Shown here: piece after piece, positions 7,268 through 14,571 of the stretch
How the letters are laid out: each line of letters opens with the position of its first letter
Numbering within the stretch: the stretch's first letter is position 1
DNA from: an archaeon
Lineage (GTDB): Archaea; Asgardarchaeota; Heimdallarchaeia; Hodarchaeales; S146-22
Reading direction: 5' to 3'
DNA length: 16,922 bases
Assembly (NCBI GenBank): GCA_024276395.1
Contig: JAJRXH010000099.1
Coordinates: 1-16,922 of the forward strand
Translations under genes and position numbers: made by a program
Notes under the pieces: generated by a model
Told to the model about the DNA's origin: nothing
The model's input: only the letters and a program-made list of their open reading frames with translations
Database searches by the model: none

Positions 7268-7312
7268 TTGATATCACACCTCCTTACGTCACGTGGATAC
7301 AGCTCGGACAAG

Positions 7313-7321
7313 CTTATAAAA
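7313..7321 (+). promoter_or_regulatory. TATA-box candidate for the metallophosphoesterase gene
   Basis: 'cttataaaa' is centred ~35 nt upstream of ATG 7352. No SD is present, which fits a short leader or leaderless mRNA. Confidence 0.45.
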
Positions 7322-7351
7322 CATTCTAATTAGATTTCAAGTGAAGTTACC

Positions 7352-8068
7352 ATGAAGAGAATGCTTGTTGTCTCTGATACTCATTCCAATCTCGAGGCAT
7401 TAGAAGCAATTTTAAAAAATCCGATGGCAAAATCCGCCGAAATCAAAGCGTGCATTGGCGATATTGTTGGATATGGACCAAATCCCAATGAAATCATTTC
7501 CATCGTAAAAACCTTTCAGCACGTGGTACCTGGCAACCATGATGCAGCAGCTCTACTAGGTGACTCTCCGGTATTCAATAGAGCAGCCAGAAAGGCAATT
7601 TCATGGACACAACAACAACTAACAGAAGAAAGCAAAAAGTTTTTAGCAAGCTTACCTCGACCTCATGAGATATACCACTTTACCTGGGAGGGGTCAGCTT
7701 TTGCAGCTTGCCATGGTTCTCCATTCCTTCCCTTACTAGGATATGTTTATCCTAGAACTAATCCAGATGTTCTGAATCGGATGTTATCAAAAGCTAAAGC
7801 TGATATCCTTCTGTTAGGACATACACACATTCCCATGGTTTACCACAATGGCAATGAAAAGGCCAAGCTGATATTGAATCCCGGGTCAAGCGGACAACCA
7901 CGAGATTTGGATCCTCGTGCATCTGCTCTCGTGCTAGAATATGAAGGTGGGAATGAATTCACGCCAATTTTCATTCGAGAAGAATATGAGATCGAAATAA
8001 CAGCTGATAAAATAAAAGATGCAGGATTGCCAAACGTCCTCGCAGAAAGACTCTTTCTAGGAAGATAG
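7352..8068 (+). CDS. Metallophosphoesterase (calcineurin-like, YfcE/MJ0936/ApaH-related family)
   Basis: The ordered signature motifs are 'VVSDTHSN' (DxH), 'GDIVGYG' (GD), 'GNHD' and 'GHTH', followed by 'LNPGSSGQPRD'. Length is 238 aa. Confidence 0.9.
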   Translation: MKRMLVVSDTHSNLEALEAILKNPMAKSAEIKACIGDIVGYGPNPNEIISIVKTFQHVVPGNHDAAALLGDSPVFNRAARKAISWTQQQLTEESKKFLASLPRPHEIYHFTWEGSAFAACHGSPFLPLLGYVYPRTNPDVLNRMLSKAKADILLLGHTHIPMVYHNGNEKAKLILNPGSSGQPRDLDPRASALVLEYEGGNEFTPIFIREEYEIEITADKIKDAGLPNVLAERLFLGR

Positions 8069-8088
8069 ATAAACTAGTAAATAAATTT

Positions 8089-8391
8089 TCACAAATTGAT
8101 GGGACGATTTGAACTAATCAAGACAAAATCTCTTTTGAGAACTTCATTCACGTGATCCCGTGGAATCCCCTTGTGTAATAATTGTGCAACGAAAACCGCC
8201 TTGCAATTCTCACAATAAGTGTTTCTAGTCTTTTTATTGAAATATAAACGATATTCAAGTATGGTCTTACCACAGAACGTGCATTTTTGATCAAAATCAA
8301 ACAATAAATTCCGAAGAGTAGCACAGTCATCACAATATCCAGCACGAGAAACGGGACGACCGCATCTCAAGCATAATTGAATACGTTTCAT
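8089..8391 (-). CDS. Small zinc-ribbon protein (100 aa, four CxxC motifs)
   Basis: It carries 'CLRC', 'CDDC', 'CTFC' and 'CENC', which suggests two Zn-ribbon knuckle pairs. GAGGT (complement of 8399-8403) lies 7 nt upstream of the ATG. An AT-rich 'tttttaaac' box lies ~50 nt upstream. Confidence 0.6.
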   Translation of the reverse strand: MKRIQLCLRCGRPVSRAGYCDDCATLRNLLFDFDQKCTFCGKTILEYRLYFNKKTRNTYCENCKAVFVAQLLHKGIPRDHVNEVLKRDFVLISSNRPINL

Positions 8392-8508
8392 GAGAAAAAC
8401 CTCAAGATCATTCTCAATGGTGCCAATGCAAAAAAAGTTTAAAAAGAAAATGTTAGTTAGAGTATTTTTTTAATGGGATTCTCAAGAAAATGGCCTGAAT
8501 AACACCCA

Positions 8509-9726
8509 TTACTTGTTCTTTTGAGGTCCAACAGAAGGCTGTTTCTTGCTAATATCTTTCACAATTTGCATGAAAGGTAATACCATCTGTGCTATGGCCT
8601 TGTAAGCCTCCTGTCCTTCTCCTAATAGCATCATTTGATCGACTTTAATGTTGCTAAAGACTTGTGGAAGCACTTCTAGGGTCTTGAGTTGAATGAAACG
8701 CTCGTCCGCCTGTTGTATGGCCTTGACTTGCTCCATCAAACCTTCAGCTTCTGCAATGATTCGTTGTCGAATCTTGGCAGCTTCACCCTCAGCCTCAGCC
8801 AAAAGCTGAGCTTTCTTGGCTTCAGCTTCTCTCATAATTCTTTCCACTTCAACTTCGATTTCCTGTTTCACACGCTTGAATCTTTCAGCCTCTGCTTCGA
8901 TTTGCACTCGCTTGCGGACAGTTTCCGCTTCTACGAGAGCTCGTTCTTGTTCTAATCTCGCTACTTGAATCTCTCGTTCTTTAGATTTCTGTTCAATTTT
9001 CAACTTAACCTCTTGCTCTGATAAACCAGTTTTCTCTCTCACTTGCAAGTCACGAAGCCTAGTAATTTCTTCCATTTCTGATCGAGAAAGTCGAGCTTTC
9101 TTCTCCTCTTCAATCTTTTTAATGGCTTCAAGGTTTTCCTTGAGATTACTGTCCAATACTTCAACATCTCGAATTTCAACACTCTCTATTTCAATGCCCC
9201 AATCACCGACCAAATCATGGAGTTCACTCGTCACGCGCTTGATGATTTCTGCACGTTCGCGAATGATTTTCTCGATGGGCATATTTGCACAAGTTGTTCT
9301 AATGATGGACTCTGTAGCATTTTTGAGAACTCGTTCAATGTAGTCAGGCGCTGTTGGATCCCAATTAACTCTTCCGAAAGACACCTCTGGATCCGTAACT
9401 CTCCAATAAATATAGGCAGTTAAAGCTACATCCTGGTACTCATTTGATACTACTTGTTCTCGGGCCTCAAGTAATGTTTGTTGTACGGTCGTAGGAATCA
9501 CGACAATCTCATCGATCAAGGGCAATAGTATCAAGGAACCACCAGTCTGTGCCTTTCGGATCCTACCATTCCGAAAATGAATCACGAACTGATTGCTAGT
9601 ATACTTGCGGTACCGAGACGCTAGAAAGACGAAAAAAAAGACAAGGAGTATGCCAACTACAACAGCAGCACCACTCACCATGGGCAATAATTCTTGTTGT
9701 GCTATTATTAGATTTCCGATAGGCAT
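8509..9726 (-). CDS. SPFH/band-7 family protein, flotillin-like (YqiK/FloT type)
   Basis: It has an N-terminal TM helix ('VVVGILLVFFFVFLA') and an SPFH-like core ('FVIHFRNG...LILLPLIDEIVVIPTTVQQ...YIYWRVTDPE'). A long Glu/Ala/Lys/Arg-rich coiled coil follows, with flotillin-type 'AEAEGEAAKIRQRIIAEAEG'. GAGGTG (complement of 9734-9739) lies 7 nt upstream of the ATG. Confidence 0.88.
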   Translation of the reverse strand: MPIGNLIIAQQELLPMVSGAAVVVGILLVFFFVFLASRYRKYTSNQFVIHFRNGRIRKAQTGGSLILLPLIDEIVVIPTTVQQTLLEAREQVVSNEYQDVALTAYIYWRVTDPEVSFGRVNWDPTAPDYIERVLKNATESIIRTTCANMPIEKIIRERAEIIKRVTSELHDLVGDWGIEIESVEIRDVEVLDSNLKENLEAIKKIEEEKKARLSRSEMEEITRLRDLQVREKTGLSEQEVKLKIEQKSKEREIQVARLEQERALVEAETVRKRVQIEAEAERFKRVKQEIEVEVERIMREAEAKKAQLLAEAEGEAAKIRQRIIAEAEGLMEQVKAIQQADERFIQLKTLEVLPQVFSNIKVDQMMLLGEGQEAYKAIAQMVLPFMQIVKDISKKQPSVGPQKNK

Positions 9727-9938
9727 TCATTTACACCTCATTCTTTCATTTTTTTGATATGATCCACCAAATGATCAAAGTTGTTTTTACCATATCATCA
9801 CACAATTTTTTCGAGGAGATGGCGGCAACAGATAAGCGTCATCTCACCCATGTTTTCCTCTCTTGCTTTATTAGGATTAATTCATGTTCATAATCTCCCA
9901 AATTGATCATAATGACACTGCTTGCATCACACTTTGAT

Positions 9939-9959
9939 GGCAAAAGGTGCTATTTTGCC
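9939..9959 (-). other. Perfect 7-bp stem-loop in the NfeD-flotillin spacer
   Basis: The structure is GGCAAAA (9939-9945), a 7-nt loop, then TTTTGCC (9953-9959). It lies 22 nt downstream of the NfeD-like stop on the minus strand. No oligo-T run follows, so it may be a processing or stability element rather than a terminator. Confidence 0.4.
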
Positions 9960-9980
9960 AACACGAGTGTGCTATCTCTC

Positions 9981-10610
9981 TCATTTCTTACCAGTAATCG
10001 GCCATTCATCAATTATTAACATGGATCCGACTTTATCAACGATATATGCGGTGGATCCTCTTGGAATTCGATGGCCAGTTGTCCGTGCCGACATTTTTAT
10101 CTGCTTGTGAGTTGTTCCAGTGCTCACTCTCACGATACCTCCTTTTTCATCGACATCTGTAATGCAATATACTTCATCATTAATTCTTACCGTCTGAGAG
10201 GGGATGGGTTCTCCACTAGTTGACCGAGAGATGGAACCCCATAATCGTGCCGTTCCCATCGTGACGAGTAATGGAATGCCAACCACCACTCCCAAACGAA
10301 CCATGGGATCAAATGCTTCAAACCAATACACGATCGTCCCAAATCCACCAAAACTTAGCAAAAATACACCAGCAATCAGAAAGAGTGGTGTAGCGCCATC
10401 ACCACCATGCGCATCGTGAATGTCACCACCAATATCATGTGCGCCGCTCACATCCACATCCCCATGTACATCAAGATCTGAATCCAGATCAAAAACATGC
10501 ATTCCAGAAAAAATGATGGTCATAAAGAACAAGATGAGACCAATTATGAGCATGAACACAGCAGCATAAAAAATCCAATATTCCCACATTTCAAGTGGCA
10601 ATTCAACCAT
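9981..10610 (-). CDS. NfeD/YqiJ-like membrane protein (partner of SPFH proteins)
   Basis: It has N-terminal TM helices and an Asp/His/Gly-rich segment, 'DLDSDLDVHGDVDVSGAHDIGGDIHDAHGGDG'. Further TM helices follow, then a C-terminal beta-rich segment ('VRINDEVYCITDVDEKGGIVRVS...AYIVDKVGSMLIIDE') typical of the NfeD OB-fold. It lies immediately upstream of the SPFH gene on the same strand, which is the classic pairing. Confidence 0.68.
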   Translation of the reverse strand: MVELPLEMWEYWIFYAAVFMLIIGLILFFMTIIFSGMHVFDLDSDLDVHGDVDVSGAHDIGGDIHDAHGGDGATPLFLIAGVFLLSFGGFGTIVYWFEAFDPMVRLGVVVGIPLLVTMGTARLWGSISRSTSGEPIPSQTVRINDEVYCITDVDEKGGIVRVSTGTTHKQIKMSARTTGHRIPRGSTAYIVDKVGSMLIIDEWPITGKK

Positions 10611-10881
10611 CCTCCTATGATTTATTCTTCATTAACCTCAAGATTAGTAGCAGCATCGTTTCAGCTATACCATTGCTAGTGTCATCTTAAAAAGATTTGA
10701 TTGCGGAAGTAAATACGAAATTAGAGATTCATTCACGGTAGAGACAACACTTAAAGCCTCTATTTCAAGCGATATCACCATTTTATTGGCATTCTGCCCA
10801 TCATGAGGTTAATGACGAATGAACGTGTTCCAGTCCATCACGTGCCATCCATCCATCAATGATTATTCATGGAGCTACATT

Positions 10882-10892
10882 CTTATATAAAG
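10882..10892 (+). promoter_or_regulatory. TATA box for the MFS-fusion gene (near-leaderless)
   Basis: 'cttatataaag' is centred ~29 nt upstream of ATG 10916, and no SD lies between them. This is the classic archaeal leaderless geometry. Confidence 0.55.
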
Positions 10893-10915
10893 ATGCGCGA
10901 CTATCGTGATGTGCA

Positions 10916-12928
10916 ATGAAAAGCAACGAAATCGAATCCAAGAATGGTGTGGAAATCATCATCTTGGCATGTTCCATCATATTCTTCGCCGCTGCTGTTT
11001 ATGGAGTCCAAAGAAGCATTTTGAGCATTCAGACACAACAAGATGTCAGTTTTACTAAATGGGTTCTAAGCGGACTTTTTCTTTCCGCAGCTGCCTCATT
11101 GATTGGATTTGGCTTAACAAAAGCCGCAATGGGAACCATCTCGGGAATACTTGTCGACAGGTCAGGATTCTTTAAAGTTGCCTCATTAGGTGCGACCTTG
11201 TTCGTCATCAGTCCGACACTAGCCTCACTATGGACGAATCCACTCATCACGACCTTTAGTAACCTTCTTTTAGGAATGGGTGAAGGAATATTATACACTG
11301 CGGTTTCCATTCAGTTAGGACAAATGGTAAGCTCACGGAAGCGAGCTACGATGATGAGCATCATGGAGCTTTCAATTTTTTTAGGCTATTCAATCGGAGC
11401 ATTAACCCCTGGGATTAAAGTCATCCATGATACTCTTAATCCATTCCTCATTGCCAGCATCTTTGGAGGACTAGCCGCAATTCTCACTTTCAGCATCAAG
11501 TATTTCCCTTTTACTCACCAAAAAAAATCGAAAAAAAACCGTATTAAGAGTAGATTTAGTCATGATTTGAGCTTAAGCAAAAATTTAAGTCCAAGATTAG
11601 CCAAGTTATTACCAAGGCTCCCTGTACAACCTGAAGAACTAATCAAGAAAAAATATAGCGGGTTAAAGCCCTTGCACAACCGCTTACTAGTCACGATATC
11701 CCTAAATGGACACGTGTCCAAATTTGCAGATGCTGTAATAGTCTTATTCTTACCAATATTGCTAGTAAATTTCCGAGATTTTTCATTAGCACAAGCTGCA
11801 CTAGTCTCTTCCGCATTCACGTTTGCATGGGCATTAGCAATGCCATTCTCTGGAAGACTGTCAGATACTTTTGGAAGAAAGCCAGTCACCTTGGTAGGGT
11901 TAGTTGGTCAGGCTATTGCAGTCGGCCAAATAATTAGTGGCACGTCGTTTTTTTCTACTCTGAGCGCGGTGGCTTTAATGGGAATCTTTAGTGGTCTATA
12001 TTATCCAGCAAATCCCTCAGCAGTGTTAGACATGACACCGAGACCCGTTCAAGGAAAATTAATGGGAATTTATAGAGCTAGTAAAGATTTAGGATATGTA
12101 ACTGCACCACCCTTGAGCGCAATCCTAGTCTACTTGTCTTTAGTTGGCTTAAAGGATGTCAACCTTGCTATCAAGATGCCTTTCCTAATTGTCCAGATAG
12201 CATTAATAATAGCTGCAACAAACACGTTCTTCTTTGGCATCGAAACTAGACCGGCTTGGTGGCAGTATCAAACCTCTCTTGAACACGCACTAACGTGTCT
12301 TGCTGCTGTAGATGCTGCTGTGGATGGCATGAGAATCTACCTACGAGATTCAGACCATCCTTTTTTCACGAAAAATCCTAAAAATGAAGAAATTGAAAAA
12401 GAAGCAAGAGAAAAAGCCATTGACGCTAAGCATTATGAAGTAATTGCCGATGAATTATTAGATCAAATTGCAATGAGAACGTATCAAACCATTCAAACGG
12501 CAGCTGATGCGCCCGAATTCATAAAAATAGCACGTCGCTTTGACAGAGTAGCTGGACTGAGTGTCGGAGCGACCATGAGACTCAGAAAGATTGAATTCGA
12601 CTTGATCCCAGAATTTCTACGTGTCACGTTGATTCGACAAGCCAAGGGATTACGAGAACTAATGAACCATGGCATCCAAGGACTAGCCTTGTTGGAACAC
12701 GGAATCGACCAAATAGAATATATCTACAAGAAGACAAGAAAGAAAGAGAAACATCTTGATGACATCTACCTTCAAGCATCACGTTACCTATATTCAAAGG
12801 CGGATTATCTCTCATTCGGCACGTGGATGTCCATTCATAATGTCATCGAGATTCTTGAACAGGCTGCAGATACAATTGAAGATGCTGTCGAAGGCATTCG
12901 CATGCTCTCTCTCAAGTATGTCACTTGA
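10916..12928 (+). CDS. MFS transporter fused to a C-terminal cytoplasmic DUF47/PhoU-like (PhoU_div) domain
   Basis: There are about 12 hydrophobic helices over aa 1-445. MFS motif A occurs in both halves ('GILVDRSGFFKV' at aa 77-88 and 'GRLSDTFGRKPV' at aa 313-324). Aa ~446-670 (nt ~12251-12925) is soluble and helical with a DUF47-like pattern ('HYEVIADELLDQIA', 'IARRFDRVA', 'KKEKHLDDIY', 'VIEILEQAADTIEDAVEGIRMLSLKY'). Confidence 0.82.
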   Translation: MKSNEIESKNGVEIIILACSIIFFAAAVYGVQRSILSIQTQQDVSFTKWVLSGLFLSAAASLIGFGLTKAAMGTISGILVDRSGFFKVASLGATLFVISPTLASLWTNPLITTFSNLLLGMGEGILYTAVSIQLGQMVSSRKRATMMSIMELSIFLGYSIGALTPGIKVIHDTLNPFLIASIFGGLAAILTFSIKYFPFTHQKKSKKNRIKSRFSHDLSLSKNLSPRLAKLLPRLPVQPEELIKKKYSGLKPLHNRLLVTISLNGHVSKFADAVIVLFLPILLVNFRDFSLAQAALVSSAFTFAWALAMPFSGRLSDTFGRKPVTLVGLVGQAIAVGQIISGTSFFSTLSAVALMGIFSGLYYPANPSAVLDMTPRPVQGKLMGIYRASKDLGYVTAPPLSAILVYLSLVGLKDVNLAIKMPFLIVQIALIIAATNTFFFGIETRPAWWQYQTSLEHALTCLAAVDAAVDGMRIYLRDSDHPFFTKNPKNEEIEKEAREKAIDAKHYEVIADELLDQIAMRTYQTIQTAADAPEFIKIARRFDRVAGLSVGATMRLRKIEFDLIPEFLRVTLIRQAKGLRELMNHGIQGLALLEHGIDQIEYIYKKTRKKEKHLDDIYLQASRYLYSKADYLSFGTWMSIHNVIEILEQAADTIEDAVEGIRMLSLKYVT

Positions 12929-12971
12929 TGACCGCATTTTCATAATGGTGCAATAAATCTAGACGACATTT

Positions 12972-13913
12972 CTATTCAGGCATCTCTATTCTTATTGTCA
13001 TGGCCTCAAAAGATTTCCACCTAATAGATCTTGGTCTCAATAGGGGAAGAAGACTAATGACGGAAAGGGTAGCATCATCATACTTCTGATGTCGTAGCAA
13101 ATAATGATCGAGAATCTTAATGATTCCTTTTTTCCAGTTCAAGATCATCCTATCTTCACCACCCTCGAACGAAGAGCCATAATTGGCATCAAGACTATAG
13201 GCACGCAATAACCGTGCTAAAGAATCAATCAAAGTACGAGCATTCTCACGAACGGCCGCACCATCCGTCCCTAGCACGGCAATGATACCATTTCTTGGAA
13301 TCCTAAGTTTTAGATATTCTGGTTCTCCCACCACGCCACTTTCATCAACGAATGAACGGATCACATCATCTGAAGACTGCTTAAAAAAGGGAAAGGTTGC
13401 TTGTTTAATTCGTAATTCTACAATCTCACCGTCATACTCGATAACTGGATAAATTAACAGAAGATCAGAATCCCCAAGATTATAGGCATGGAGATACTGA
13501 GTTCCTTCCAAAACCAGACATAAAAAAGTAGTTGAAGACTCAATTACACCATTAACAGCAATTAAACTAGTTAAGTGTTCTTTTATTAGTGGAGATACCT
13601 TTTCACTAATAAATTGTGTCAAGAATTCATCGACTCTCGAAAAGATGTCAGAAGTTGAGGAATATCTCCTCTGAAATTCATCAGAGACCATATTTACAAT
13701 GATGGAAGAAGCTATATCACCCCGTGTTGCTGAAATACCATCAGCAATGAAAATTCCCGGAATATTGTGGTGTTTTAATAGAGACGCACTATCTTCTCCC
13801 TTTACTAAATTATTAATTTTATAATGAGCATGGCCAAAATACCTAGTTTTCGAATGAGTAACAATCCAGGAAAATTCATCTTCAATCGGTTTTGAATTGG
13901 GATTTAAGGGCAT
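12972..13913 (-). CDS. PP2C-like (PPM-family) protein phosphatase, divergent paralog B (313 aa)
   Basis: The ordered PPM-like motifs are 'KGEDSA' (ED), 'FIADGIS' (DG), 'SSTTFLCLV' (GTT-like), 'NLGDSDLLL' (GDS), 'LGTDGAA' (xDG) and 'YDDATLSVISL' (DNxT-like). It shares all of these with the 254-aa ORF at 14568-15332. Confidence 0.65.
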   Translation of the reverse strand: MPLNPNSKPIEDEFSWIVTHSKTRYFGHAHYKINNLVKGEDSASLLKHHNIPGIFIADGISATRGDIASSIIVNMVSDEFQRRYSSTSDIFSRVDEFLTQFISEKVSPLIKEHLTSLIAVNGVIESSTTFLCLVLEGTQYLHAYNLGDSDLLLIYPVIEYDGEIVELRIKQATFPFFKQSSDDVIRSFVDESGVVGEPEYLKLRIPRNGIIAVLGTDGAAVRENARTLIDSLARLLRAYSLDANYGSSFEGGEDRMILNWKKGIIKILDHYLLRHQKYDDATLSVISLLPLLRPRSIRWKSFEAMTIRIEMPE

Positions 13914-13930
13914 CTAAATGCCTTCCATGG

Positions 13931-13940
13931 ATATATTTTT
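13931..13940 (-). promoter_or_regulatory. TATA box for PP2C-like paralog B (near-leaderless)
   Basis: On the minus strand 'aaaaatatat' is centred ~22-25 nt upstream of the ATG (13913). No SD is present. Confidence 0.5.
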
Positions 13941-13945
13941 CTTCT

Positions 13946-13987
13946 CTTCATCCCGTACGAACTAATCTTCATCCCGTACGAACTAAT
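13946..13987. repeat. Perfect 21-nt tandem duplication (2 units), each containing the palindrome CGTACG, directly upstream of the TATA box
   Basis: 'cttcatcccgtacgaactaat' at 13946-13966 is identical to 13967-13987. The CGTACG cores sit at 13954-13959 and 13975-13980. The repeat lies in the 106-nt spacer between the Rab-like stop and the PP2C-B start. Confidence 0.9.
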
Positions 13988-14019
13988 AACAAAACTTTAG
14001 AAGATAGAAATGATTAGGA

Positions 14020-14571
14020 CTAATCAAGGATAGACCTAACAAAGTAATCAAAGGCCTCGTTTACACCTTCACCTGTTTTAGCAGAAGTCTCAAAGAAATA
14101 TACGATGTTAAATTCCTTCCTCAATTTTTCAGCTAATTGCTCACCTTCTTCCTTAGAAACAGTTGTTGTTCTCACGGTATCTCTCAAATCGATCTTATTA
14201 CCAATCAGCATCAACGGTATTTTCTTGTTATCATTATTCTGCAACAACTCTTTCGTCCATAAAGGGATGTTTTCGTAGGAATGAGGATTGGTGACATCAT
14301 ATACCAAAATGGCACCCGATGAACCATTGTAGTACAAGGAACGGACTGTAGCGAATTGCTGCTGTCCAGCCAGATCCCATATCTGTAAGCGAACTTCTCG
14401 ATCATCTATCAAGACGCTTTTCACAGAGAAATCTGCACCAATCGTGACCATATATTTCGTATTAAAACCTTCTCCTAGGTATTTCTTCCGTAATGACGTC
14501 TTACCGACTGCCATATCACCCAATAACGGAATTTTCAAAATTCGGCGGAGCATCTTTCTCATCCTCATCAT
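14020..14571 (-). CDS. Rab-like small GTPase (Ras superfamily), eukaryote-like, without a C-terminal prenylation cysteine
   Basis: G1 is 'GDMAVGKT' (nt 14497-14520). Switch I is 'YMVTIGADF'. G3 is 'LQIWDLAGQQQF', compared with eukaryotic Rab 'LQIWDTAGQERF'. G4 is 'GNKIDL' and G5 is 'ETSAKTGEGVNEAF'. The protein ends '...VRSILD' with no Cys. Its ATG overlaps the upstream TGA (ATGA at 14568-14571). Confidence 0.92.
   Translation of the reverse strand: MMRMRKMLRRILKIPLLGDMAVGKTSLRKKYLGEGFNTKYMVTIGADFSVKSVLIDDREVRLQIWDLAGQQQFATVRSLYYNGSSGAILVYDVTNPHSYENIPLWTKELLQNNDNKKIPLMLIGNKIDLRDTVRTTTVSKEEGEQLAEKLRKEFNIVYFFETSAKTGEGVNEAFDYFVRSILD

Noticed and set aside
8148-8345. Alternative same-strand 65-aa ORF inside the zinc-ribbon gene
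   Set aside because: The 100-aa frame has the regular four-CxxC pattern and a well-spaced SD, whereas the alternative frame has neither.
8689-9423. Plus-strand ORFs 8689-8955, 9122-9343 and 9217-9423
   Set aside because: They are antisense to the flotillin-like gene. The Ser/Leu-rich translations arise from reading the Glu/Ala/Lys coiled-coil codons backwards.
9922-10679. Plus-strand ORFs 9922-10110, 10204-10419 and 10497-10679
   Set aside because: They overlap the NfeD-like gene in antisense. The 9922 ORF starts in the spacer but has no SD or TATA and runs into the opposite gene.
11029-12956. Minus-strand ORFs within the MFS gene (11029-11310, 11560-11889, 12493-12675, 12624-12815) and plus out-of-frame ORF 12756-12956
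   Set aside because: They are nested in a gene whose frame is supported by TM periodicity and duplicated MFS motif A.
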